NCBI RefSeq assembly: GCF_963676685.1
Contig: NC_092355.1
Coordinates: 42,656,001 to 42,720,000 of the forward strand
Direction of reading: 5' to 3'
DNA: 64,000 nt
Source: Mytilus edulis
Lineage: Eukaryota
The first letter of the stretch is position 1. The number at the start of each line of letters is the position of its first letter. Shown one piece after another: positions 51,696 through 64,000 of the stretch. A program made the position numbers and the translations under genes. Under the pieces are notes generated by a model. The model saw only the letters and a program-made list of their open reading frames with translations, had not been told where the DNA came from and searched no databases.

Positions 51696-54600
51696 TTGAA
51701 TTTGTTTTTTTGATAATCTGAGTGAAAAGAGTCGAATCCAAGAATCCTCAGTTTAGATATATAATAAAGATAAACCACGCATTTGTTTAATATAACTCTC
51801 AAAGTTAATTCTTACCATAGATCAAGGTACGCTAAGACCCCGTATCCCCCCCCCCCCCCGCTATTTTCTCATTTATCAAATTCTGGTTTGGAAAGCTACT
51901 TGTCATATTAAAATCTAATCAGTTTTTTTTCAATTTAGTTGTTATATTTAGTCATTTATCTTACGCAAAGCACATGCATGGCACTAAATTGATACACAAC
52001 AATTATATTCAAATTATTTTTTTGGAATATCTGAGTTAAATGAGTCGAATCAAAGAATACTTAGTTTGGATATTAGTTTTACTTAAAAACAGATTCAAAA
52101 TAATTCAACAAATTTCAGTAGATTACATAAAAAATGGAGTACACAGGATTTATGTGGGTTGTCTTTAGAGCAGTTTTATTTTAGAGGCACTTGATCTTAG
52201 CATCCATTGGAAGGCCTATCTATCTTATGAAATGGTTTAAGTTCAGCTGCATGTAATGTTAAACCAAAAAATAGAAATAAAATAGAATTAGCTTTGATAT
52301 AGATTGTGGCGTTTTTGTCTCGAACAAAAATGCACACCTTAATAAGTCTTATTCTAGTTGGTTGCAAAGAATATTGTTCGAGTTGAAAAATATACATTTT
52401 TGTCCATCTGATGAGTTAATATAAGAACGAAGATATGGTATGATTGTAAATAAGGCAACTGTTCTCAAGAGACCAAAATGGCACAAACATTTAGGATACC
52501 GCTGACATGTTTGACTCTGCCACATTATGTATGTATGTTCCTGTCCCAAGTCAGAAGCCCATTATTTAGTGGTTGTCGTTTGTTTATGTTTTACATAATT
52601 GTTTTTCGTTAATTTTTTTATAGAAATAAGGCCGTTAGTTTTCTCGTTTGAATTGTTTGACATACACATTTTGGGCCTTTTATAACTGACTATGCGGTAT
52701 GTGCTTTGCTCATTGTTAAAGGCCGTACGGTGACCTATAGTTTTTAATTTCTGTGTCATTTTGGTGTCTTGTGGAGAGTTGCATTATTGGCAATCATACC
52801 ACATTTTCTTTTTTCATATTTAATTCAATCTAATCTATATACTAAAAAAAGTTCAAGATCGATCCATAGATTATATTGTTCGAAGCAATCAGCACAACAA
52901 CACATTTGGACTAAAATTGTATGTTTTTAAATATATGTTAAGTTTGATATTTTTATGGCTGCTATCTAGGGAAAGTCAGCGACATTGCACACGGAAATAT
53001 TTCGTATGTGTACTAAGCTCGACAAGATTATCCATTTAGCAAAACTGATTAATAGCCAACTAAGGTGGCATTGTTTTAATTTAGAACATACTTTTGCCTT
53101 GAAAACATTTGAGTTTTATACGAATCCATGATAGAAATAACCTGCTAACTACTTTGTTTGATCTATTAAGATGATGACATTATATCAAAACATACTATCA
53201 TCATTATTTCCCTTCATTTGTGATTTATTATCAACAATGTCTTTGTGCAGAATGTTCCTAACATAGAAGAATTAATAAACTTTCAACTTGTTCACATGTT
53301 TTCCTGTTATGAATAAGAGTGTATGAATAACCATCACTTTTTAATTCTATTGCCGGAAGTTGAACATGTATCCTTGCGACATATGGTGACTGCCATATAT
53401 GGACTCTGATGATCTGACATTTTAATGTGAAAAATCATCGTGTTGTATTTTTGTTTTGTTATGTTTCTTTGGTATGTTGTTTCATTGGTATGCTGTTTCA
53501 TTGGTGTATGTACCATATCTCTGGTTATTCACAAACAGAGGGGAGTACATGTAGTAGAACCTTTTTTTATTATATATGTTTCAATTTCATCTATTTATAG
53601 TCTGATGTTGAAATGTTGATTGTTCATTGATTAACTTAGGTTATTTTATAAATTACGTTTACAATGTTGAATAAGTCTAGATCTTAGGACGGAAAAGTGT
53701 ACTATGAGTATAAGGAGGTTAAATATAAACCTTATTGTTGTATTCAACGAACTTGAAATTTCTGTCATGACATTATGTCCTAAGTGATTGGGATGGTCAA
53801 TGATATATATGCATTGAAAGAGATACAGAATTTATTATGTGTACATAAAAATGTAAAGTCAGAATCAGGCAACAGAGGCGCTTTAATAGGGTAACGACAT
53901 ATATTTTCTGTTAATGCTGTTCCAATTATTTTAATTCATATAAATTCAATTAAATTAATAATAAACGTTTGCTCTAGTTTAGCAGACTGATTTTATTTAA
54001 GGTTTAATAGGAAATATTGAAGACGCTTATGGGGGACTACGGTGAGATAATAAGTTGCAAAGCATTGAATAAATGGTAAAGTTTTAACATAATTGTGAGT
54101 TCATATTTATTTAAAATTTTACGAATAACGCTACTTTTTGAATACTTAATTAACCATAGTATCTTTAATTTTTATTAAGCAAATGAAATGAATTTAATAA
54201 TTAATTTTATATAAAAAAAAAAACCGATTGCCTCCAGTTGTACAACAAAGCCTTTTCAAATGTTAATTCACCATTATATAAGACATAAGACCTACCTAAT
54301 TGTGTAACAATAATTCACCATTTTGATAACCTAAATTGTCTAAGTCTGTTCTCGAATAACAAGAAAGGTTTGAATTGTGATGAATCGAACTTTGACGAGT
54401 TTGATATATCGGGTAATGATTTATCATGTATTCAAGAATATGACACTTTACCAAAAGTAAAAACACGTTGAAAAGAATTCTGATTTGTTAACATCTTCTT
54501 GGGTGTGGATAAATTCGCAAAAAAAACATTGATGCCAATTTTTTTATTTATTGAAATATGTCATTATTTGTTGTTTGAAGTTCAGAAGTGTGTACAAAAT

Positions 54601-56221
54601 GTTTTGGCATTTTTAGGTAAAAAAAAATCATTTGTAAATTGAGTGAAACAGTCTGATCAATACAAGTTTTTCAAACAAAAGATTAATATAAACATGAAAA
54701 AAACTTGTAGATTCAAATACAAATATTTTTTGTTATTGTTCCTCAGAACCAAACCCATTATCTTCCTATAATTCATCTAAAATATGAATCTATGTTATAT
54801 ACAAATTATCAAAAATTTGTACCGGTACCGGGCTTGTGGTTTTGAACGCGAGACGCCCGTTTCGTGTTAAAAGCCACATCAGTGATGCTTCAGTCTAAAA
54901 GTTCACAGACCAAATATTTAACGAGGTTGACACTAGGATAAAAAAAAAAAAGAATAAAGACCGAGTAAAGTACAAAATTGACGAGTATTGACGACCCAAA
55001 TGCCAAAACAAATATCGCTTATACTTATATTTGTTCTTTATAATATCGCATTCTATATTTTTTTACAATATACAACTATTCACCAGGGACCAATGGGCAT
55101 TTGATGTTACCTTCTATAAGTCAACACATGACTTTCAACAATGATCAAAGCCAATACGTAAAAAGTAAAATCACAAAAAAACTGAACTCAGAGGAAAATC
55201 TAATCATAAAGTCCATATTCACATGGCAAAATCAAATGAAAAAAACACATCAAAAACGAACGGCCAAGAACTGTTATTTGATAGTCATCTATAAAACGCA
55301 CCGACATTACACATGTTAACAGCTCATAAAAAAAACCAACGAACTGGATGTATGATTATACGAAAAATCAATAAGAATGAGTGCAATTTGTTACAAACAC
55401 TGACGTAGATGTACCTGACTAAAAATGACACAATAAGTACACGCAAAGTAGATACAATTTATGACCAAACATCAACATCAAAAGTAAAACCTAAACTTTC
55501 TGCATTGTCAAAATATACAGGAAGTAGGAAAATAGATGCATAATGATACATTGTATTGAATATTACGTGTCAATAGGTCTTAGTTTGGACTTTGTCTCAA
55601 TCATCCTTTGTAATCAGATGAAAATCATGCATTAACACACAGCATAGACTGTTTTTCACTCTTTTCATGTTCTTGTCTTCAGAATTTACAAGGCAACTTG
55701 TTTTACTTCATAGAAACCAAACATATTTGGTAAGACAATTTGATTCCGTTCGGATTTGAATAAGTCGTTGTTAACATCCAGCTTTCATTAGATCGTTGAT
55801 TTTCCCGTTTGAATGGTTTTACATCAGTAATTTTGGGGCCCTTTATAGCTTGTTGTTCGATGTGAGCCAAGGCTCCGTGTTGAGGGCCGTACATTGACCT
55901 ATAATGGTTTACTTTTATAAATTGTTATTTGGATGGAGAGTTGTCTCATAGGCATTCACACCACATCTTCCTATATCTATTCATCTAAGCAAGCTTTATT
56001 AGTTCCTTAAAACTACTATGTTTATATGTTTTTCCAAAAACATTGTGTATACAGACAAAAAGCCGTTTTTGAAAAGCTAGAAAGACAAGCATGTATGTTG
56101 CCAAATAAAACAAAATTTTACCTTGTTCCCATACAAACCTGATGACTGTAAGACATGAACAAAAATGTGTAAAATATGAGTAAGATACATGTTATTTCTT
56201 TGTTTATTGCAGATTTGTAAA

Positions 56222-57889
56222 ATGAGTGAAATGAACAGAGAACTGTCACTCAATTTTTACCAGTATTTATGTAATATTATTGGAACAGAGGAAGTTGTGA
56301 AGACTGGAAGAAAGATATTCTGTACATTAGATAGTGTAGTACGAATTTCAAACTTTACAGTTATAGGTAGTGGGAGTAAAGCAGAAGGTTTAGATCTCAG
56401 GGGCAGTGATTATGATCAAATGTTTGTTTTGAAAGATTTCCAAGTTTACGAGAACACGAGGCAAATTTCATCCTTAACAAATAAAGCACCTATAATTATG
56501 GACATCGGTGACACAAAGTCAGGGTTTACAAAGCTCAAGGTGTATAACATACCATATATATACCGGCGTCATATAAACCAGATCACGACGTTTGTAAATG
56601 GAGAAACTTACTTTTCGAGCAAATTAATTCGGGAGCTTTATATGCCAAAAGGTATGATTGTTCATGGACCTTGTCAATCTCTCCCAGATGATTCTTATGA
56701 TATGGCACGTTGTTTCCAGTGTAAGGAATGGATAACACCTGCTTGTCAATGGGTTTACAGATCACGATCGTCATGGCCAGACCATAGATTAGTAATGTCT
56801 GCTATAAAACAAGGTGTTTTATTTGTACCTATTGGTTGCAGAGGATCGGTGAATGATGATTTGGAATGGCGAATATCGTTTTTTATGGCAGAGAAGCAAC
56901 TTATTTATTCCTTTTCTCATACCCAGTTATTATGTTACGCATTAATGAAAATTATTTTGAAAGATATTTTAAAGAAAAAACATGATAATCTTATTTGCTC
57001 TTATTTTATTAAGACTATAATGTTATGGCTATTTGAAGAGTCAAGTCTTTTCGAATGGCATCATCGGAATATGATTTCCTGTTTTAAAAGCTGTTTCAAA
57101 CGACTGATTTACTGCGTGGAATATCAAGTCTGTCTCCATTATTTTATTCCAGAGAACAACCTTTTCGAAGGCTGATTTACTGATTACCAACATAAATGTC
57201 TGCTTGACTCTTTAAATGAGATATACAATTCTTTATGGACCTATGTTTTCCATACGGCTACATTTTAAAGGTTTGGAGAAGAACAAAGAATTTCATCATT
57301 ACCTTATTTAAAAGCGTCTTCACTACCATGCTTACCATACATGTGTGATGTGCTTCGTCTTTCGTGCTTAAGAAACAAATCATAACTCGTATTGTTAGAA
57401 CACACGATAAAGAACTCTCTACACAAATGATGTCACTGTTTTCCATCAATTGGATGCAATTACCAGATGGTAACAATGTTAGAGCAAGTAATTAATCTGT
57501 GTACAAACAATACAAGATACGTTTACATTGCTTCAAGGCAGGACTGTATTACAATGCTATTTCCGCTTGGTCATTGTTAGCATCGTTACTTTATAAGCAT
57601 AAAAGGTCCAACAAATGTATAGATATTGTAAACTATACTTTGTCAAAATGTACTCCTGATAAAATTATGTTAAGTTTCACAATAGTTTGTCGGAACAGAC
57701 TTATTTTCAGAAAGTTTCAGTAGTAGTCGGATTTCCATTAGCATGCAAACATTTTGTCATTAACATTTTGTTGTTTACGAAACCATATTATTTATTACCA
57801 GTAGAATTGAGCCTTTTAATTAAGCATACTATCAAAGCTCTTTTCGAAGTTCAAACATATGTCTCCAAATTGCCAAAAGTATGATATAA
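56222..57889 (+). pseudogene. cGLR paralog copy 4; open for 317 codons, then stops, frameshifts and a distal deletion
   Basis: GSGSKAEGLDLRGSDYDQM and DDSYDMA. TGA at 57173 (NLFEG*FT), TAA at 57266, frameshifted tail ending ctccaaattgccaaaagtatgatataa. Acceptor ttgcAG at 56211-56212. Confidence 0.88.
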
Positions 57890-58419
57890 CTGATAAATTT
57901 TTAAAAACGGTTATTTGCATTGAGATAAATATACAGTGTATAATAATTAAAATTTCTAATATTTTCTTCTCTAATTGTAAACTAATTCCTTACTGCTAGT
58001 AAATATTCGTATGAATTTCAATAAATACGTTCTCATCTAAAATTGAAAGTTCTTATATGCTACTTATCTCGTTTGTGTCATAGATTGCATCAAAATATTT
58101 TTCTGAATAACAATATTTACATTTAGATTTTTGTGAAAACAAATTTAAAACCACATCATTTTAGCATTGCCGTTTTTCATTTGATGCTTAAATGAACTTT
58201 TTCAACAATCATTGAAAATTGAGGTAATAAAATCGTCATCAATTACCAATTCTGAATTTTTGTTATACTCTTATGTTATTTTTGCTATATATATTTATAA
58301 CATAGCATTTACCCATCAGTATTTCAGATGTCTCAAAGAATAATTTGCTAAATGATGTATTTTTTCTCATACTTGTATTTGCCAGTTTTTTATTCTTTTA
58401 TTACGGACCTGGTGTATGT

Positions 58420-59525
58420 TGATTAATTGATTGTTGTTTGCTTAACGTCCAGTGACAAATAATTATGCATAATCAGGACGAGAACAAGTTCACAATAAAT
58501 ATAATAGATAGGTCTTGTCATAATATTGGCTATTTGGGATGATGGTCGGGGAAATTTGGACCGCCACCGGAAAATCGGAGTACATTGGATAGGGACAGAT
58601 ATTTTGGCTTGCAACAGGCCGATGCAGGCCCTCAAAGAGTTGTTGCAAGGGTTCTTAACGTGCAAATAGCGTGGAACTCTCTTTACACGAGACATCTGAT
58701 TTAATAATACTGTATTCCGAAAGCAATACAGATTATAGGATACATATACATAATTTTACACCAATATAAGAATTTCACAAAAGATATATAATATATATAA
58801 ATATAAGGTGTGCATGAAAGAACATATAATACATAATACAAAATACAAAATACGAGCGGAGAATGATATAATACTTAAATAAAGTGAGAACAAAGATATT
58901 ATTTACTGCAATTAAATTCTAAGTTTTTCTACAGATTTTTCGAAATATACCTAAGTTATTCAATTCTTTAATATTTCTGACAGATAACAACTGGATAAGT
59001 TTGAATGTAGAAGGATTTCTCTAATAATACTTTTTTATATACTTTTCTCGAATCTGACTATATTTTTTACATTCAAGTATAAAATGGTATTCATCTTCAA
59101 TAGAGCTAGTATTACAATTTGTACATAGTCTATTATTTTTATCAACATTATAATATCTACCTGTTTCTATACTTAATATATGAGCTGATATACGATATTT
59201 ACAAATGTATGGTTTGTATACATAATTTACAGGTCTATCTAAATAAAATTGCAATGTGTGTGTACTATACATGTATCTATACAGATGACATTTATTTGAA
59301 TTCTCAAAAAACATAGTTACTTCACTAATGAATGCACCAAGCATTCTTTCTTTTAATTGCGATAGAAAAATATCTTTAACGTCCCCATTCTGACCGGACG
59401 TGACTGCGAACTTAATACATCCTGCACAGGCAAACGGACACCCCACTTCGGCAAGCGTTTTGCTGCCCGTCAGGTGAAGAGCAAGTGACCATATTTCTAT
59501 TCCCCAGTCACCCTTGGGTTGAAAG
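58420..59525 (-). mobile_element. SINE-like repeat interrupted (~58705-59375) by a LINE 3' fragment
   Basis: GC-richer flanks with gcacgttaagaaccc. The insert encodes CKYRISAHILSIETGRY..CTNC..EDEYHFILEC. Confidence 0.7.
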
Positions 59526-60064
59526 CTCATTTATCTTATAAATTTACATATCTTAATTCTGTATGCATGCATACAGGTCTAGTGTATGCTGAACTAATAC
59601 TTGGAATATAAATGGGTTTTCTTTGTCTGTATGCCTACAAACCGACCTGGCATATGCTAAACTTTCGCTTTATGTGTTTGTGTGTATACTAGAATGTGTC
59701 AGGTCTGTATGCCTGCATACAAATCTGGTATATGTAAAACCTTCAAAATTATTCATTTTTGCATAGTTCAGGTATGTTCGCCTCCGGAAACGGTTTTGAA
59801 AGCTTGCATACATATGCAGTGAAAAATATAACCTTGGAATCAATGTAGACCAATTTTAAGATTTTGATAATGATTAAACTTTTTTTGACATAGTGAAGTC
59901 AGTTCTTGTCCCTAGTCTTCTGACTTGTCAGGTTTTTCGGAAATGTTAGTTGACTCTGACTGCTTGGCTTTTCTCATACTCCCTGACAAGTTGTGAACAG
60001 GTTTTGTATTCTGAGAGAGAACATTTTGTCTAAGGATCTCATTGGTTTGTTAAGTTTGCAGAAA

Positions 60065-60634
60065 GGAGTAGGTCCGGTAAGGGCAGATTTTCGGCCTCAA
60101 ATTTCAAGTTCATCTGACAAAAAGATTTTATACATTTTTTAAGCACTAAAGTTTCTATTTCAGTTGATTCAGTAAGTTTATGTGAAATATTTGGACTCAT
60201 TAAATACACTCCGATTCTAGCTCAAATATGCAAAAATCTATCAATTATGCCCAAAAATTTCACTTTTCAAATGTTTTTTGTCAAAAACGAAAGAGGCCGC
60301 ATCCGTGTTCATCCTCAACATTTATATATGTTATGTATTATCATCAAATACAACTAACATTTCAATATTAAGAATGAACACGAATGCGGTCACTTTCATT
60401 TAAGACGGAAACCGTCTAGAATTTAACTAAAATACTAAAATTGTGAAGATTTCAGTAATTTAGCATGACTTTTTAATGCTAGTACCCGATATGTGCATTG
60501 TAATGTCAAAAACAGCCCATATTTATGTAGCAGAAGCATTTTACTTTCCAATGAATAACTAAAAGTATACATTTTAACAATTTTGTAAAACAGCTATATT
60601 TTGGGGCCAAAAGGGGTCTTACTGGACTTACTCC
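60065..60634. mobile_element. Spy-like MITE, copy 2
   Basis: Same TIRs and interior as 8694-9243. The paralogous empty site gcagaaa|tttgc at 21427-21438 shows no TSD. Confidence 0.8.
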
Positions 60635-60745
60635 TTTGCCGACAAGTAAATCTCTTTTCTGCTTGCTGTCCTCAGTGCTCAACTTTATATATCGGAGGTA
60701 AATAGGCATATAAGTTTAGCATCACAGAACGAAGGTGTTGTATGA

Positions 60746-61245
60746 ATAAAGGCAACAGTAGTATACCGCTGTTCGAAATCCATCAATCGATAGAGAAAAA
60801 ACAAATCCTGATTACATACTAAAACTGAGGGAAACGAATCAAATATAAGAGAAGTACGACACAACACCAAAATGTAATTCACACAAAAGCGAACTATAAT
60901 GAAACAATGGCCATTTTCCTGACTTGGTACCGGGTATTTATTGAAACAATGGTGGGTTGAACCTGTTTTTTTGGCATGCCAAACCTCTCGCTTTAATGGT
61001 AATGTTAATTATAACATTAAAATGAAAACATTACACAACAGGGCTACAATACATCAATGGGAGAAAATATACGGCAGAGAAACAAACGAATAATTGCCAT
61101 CAAAAGGTACCAGGTTAAAAAAAAACAATTATACGCCAGACGTGCGTTACGTCCACACAAAACTATGCTCAGATGAAAAATGGTTGAAAGCCGAAACAAG
61201 TACAAAGTTGAAGATCGTCGAGGACCAAAATTTCCAAAAAGTTGT
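60746..61245 (-). repeat. Dispersed repeat, copy D (inverted, internally deleted)
   Basis: Same terminus; interrupts the duplicated segment homologous to ~21540. Confidence 0.8.
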
Positions 61246-62429
61246 GACCAAGTTTGCAAGAATGAATAAGTCACTAGTCTTATCCTGATTCTTAGGGGAA
61301 AAAAATCCATGGCGAAAGGAACAGCATTTGCAGGTCTCTCTTGTTAAAGCCTCTGATTATAAATTGAGTGCTTCCGTAGTTTCTGTGGTAACTCAGTTTG
61401 GGTAACAGATGTTTGGGCCAATGACGATAGAAGGTCTTTACATTTGCATATACTGACTTTGTGTCATTGATTGATACCTCAGATGCTTTGTTTTTCGATT
61501 TATATGGTTTTTTTCTTTTTTCTTTTTTTTTTAACACTCTAATTGATTCTTTATTGCACATATTGCTGTTTAACAATTAAACTTGGTGTACAGCATTTCA
61601 TCAAGTTTCCCTGTTAGATTACAACTGAATACCCAGGGATAATATTCAGTAAAATTAACTAATAAATTACATTGGTTTAATTCACACATTAAACTATTAT
61701 TATAGTTGTTACAAATAGTCTTTGCTACATCACTAAAAGTATTTTCAGATATATTCATATAAAAAAATATCTACACGATAATTGTTTTACGGAATTTGAT
61801 CATTCATCCGGAATGACTTTTTGGGTTCTTTTATTATTTAATCAAATTGCGGTCAAGTGACCTCACACGACTTTTCTGTCCCTCGTGTTTGGACAATATT
61901 TTTTGAAGTGTTTCGAGAATTTGGATTATTAATTTCTACGTGGTTTTAAAAGCTTGGAATAATATTGCGTAAAGGTAAGTTGGGGTGTAAATATATTTTT
62001 CACAGTTGCACTTTCAATCTTTATTAAATGTGTTATTGATTTGACCCAGATAAGTACCGTGTCGTGACCTTTACCTGCCTAAGTTTGTAAACAATACACA
62101 CAGATGTAGTGTACACGTGTCGAAGTACCTATATATTGACAAAGACACAAACACACACCTACGTATACTAATATATCTGATTTACCCACATTATCATTCA
62201 TACATTATAGTAATAATTACTGTGCAAACAAACTTCTGCACTTACAGTCATGCTTGGTCAGTGCCACATGATACATTTTACAAACAAATTTCTTTCCATA
62301 CCTTTCACACATACTTATACCTTAGGCATAGCACTTACAGATAATTACGTGCATAGTACATTTATACACACATACAATCACACATAATCTAGATCTATAC
62401 CATCTGGGTTTTTTTTCTATACATGTAGC

Positions 62430-63885
62430 TTAAGTTAACTATAAAATAACTTCATTATAATACTTCAAAATATTCAACACCTTTGTAAATAAACTACTGA
62501 TCTCTGTATTGGTCATACTATATAATTCTACAGTATTTTCTACCTCATATTCAAAAATTTTTAAGGTGTCTACTGCTTTGGTTTTTTTATTGGAAACATA
62601 ATGTGTTTTATAGACTGAAAAGAACATTAAGCTAAGCAAATGATTTAGCGCATAATATGCCTCGTCATGAATTTTGTATCCTATAACCAACGAATGAAGA
62701 CTTATTAAATGTTCGCCTATGAAGACTTTTTAAGTAAAACTTTCATTGATTTCCAGAATGTTTTATGATATGAACATGTAATGAAAAAATGATTATAATT
62801 ATCTATTTCATTGCAATATGAACACAAATTGTTTTGTGAAATTTTCCACTGAAAAAGCAACACCTCATTTGGCAAAATAAAGTGCATTAATTTCCACCTA
62901 AACATTTTTATTTTATTATCTTTAAGATATTCAAAATTAAATTTAATAGAGTCTTTAAATTCATTTATTAGTCTCCCTTTGCTTAAGACTCTTTCCCATT
63001 TCAAAAATCCTACTGGTATTTCTGTTTTTGACACGCTTAATACTAAGTTGTATATGTTTTTAGCATTAATAGTTAGAACATCATTACAATCTCTAAGTTT
63101 AGTTTTTGTTCGGTTTATATGGACTTTTGTTTTGAATGATTCTTCTGATTTTAATTTGTCTGTCCATTGCTTTGGTATAGATTTTTTTAGTTTTGAGAAT
63201 TCAGAAATCCAATTCCTTTTATTTCTTAATTTTGAAGTAATCATTTCTCCTGATATATTTCCTCTTTTATCTATTATGTCATTTATATATAGTATGTTAC
63301 TATCAATCCAGTTATCAAAGAACAGACATTTTCCTTGAAATTTTATGAATTTATTTCCCCATATAACTTGTTTTCTGATTTCTAAATAATTATTGATTTG
63401 ATCATGATGATTGTTTTCACAATTATTTGCATTTATCCATGTTTTTATCAGCTCTTGATAGAAGGATGGTGTACTGTTCCATGTGTATTTATCTAGCAAT
63501 TTTGTGTTATTCACATTCATATTGAAAATAAGAAGGTTTTTTTCCGAATTTATTAAGGTATAGTTTTGATAATACAGACCAATTTGCATTTTCTGATTCT
63601 AATATTTTTATTATCCATTTTAAATGTATAGATTTTATATAGGATTCTATATCAATCATTTTTAACCCCCCTTCTGCAAAGTCTTTTGTTATTATTGACC
63701 TTTTTATTTTATCTTTTCCTCCATTCCAAATGAATTTGTAGAAGATTTTATTTATATTTTGTAGATTTTCTTTAGTAATGATACTGTTAGTCGCAATGTA
63801 GGTTATATTTGGTAGAAGAAGAGCTTTTACTACTAATATTTTTCCAAGTAGTGTTAACTTTCTTTTTATATTGTTTTTTTCTGTA
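62430..63885 (-). mobile_element. L1/Tx1-clade LINE ORF2 3' portion, frameshifted
   Basis: RKLTLLGKILVVKALLLP..KFIWNGGKDKIKR..EGGLKMIDI..; C-terminal CSYC..HFFITC. Confidence 0.85.
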
Positions 63886-64000
63886 ATTCTATAATAAAAC
63901 TTTTGATTGCTCTGATCAAAACAAATTTCTTTTAAAGAAAGTTTCATTTTTATGCATCGAAATGTGAAACAAGTGATTATTAACATCCCTGCTAGAATGC

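Overview
This is an AT-rich eukaryotic window, not a prokaryotic one. The protein families and repeats suggest a bivalve mollusc, most likely a Mytilus-type mussel (inference). Its backbone is a tandem cluster of four plus-strand paralogous genes of the Mab-21/cGAS-like receptor (cGLR) nucleotidyltransferase family. Each has one coding exon preceded by a conserved splice acceptor, plus a candidate upstream non-coding leader exon. Copy 1 (10668-12491) is intact. Copy 3 has a single premature stop in the C-terminal tail, and copies 2 and 4 are decayed. The rest is dense mobile DNA: a decayed Gypsy LTR element, a BEL/Pao gag fragment, L1/Tx1 and other LINE fragments, Penelope-like elements (PLEs), tRNA-derived SINEs, TTAA-duplicating and TSD-less TIR elements, long hairpins, and many hammerhead-ribozyme relics. 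The most unusual structure is a ~5.4-copy, 442-bp tandem array (43663-46050). Each unit is a highly structured, tRNA-headed (Pol III) sequence. The array has a 5' micro-inversion and a permuted 3' end, and it sits tail-to-tail across a (TA)n tract with a hammerhead-bearing Neptune-type PLE. It is a candidate PLE-mobilised, concatemer- or circle-forming Pol III RNA element.
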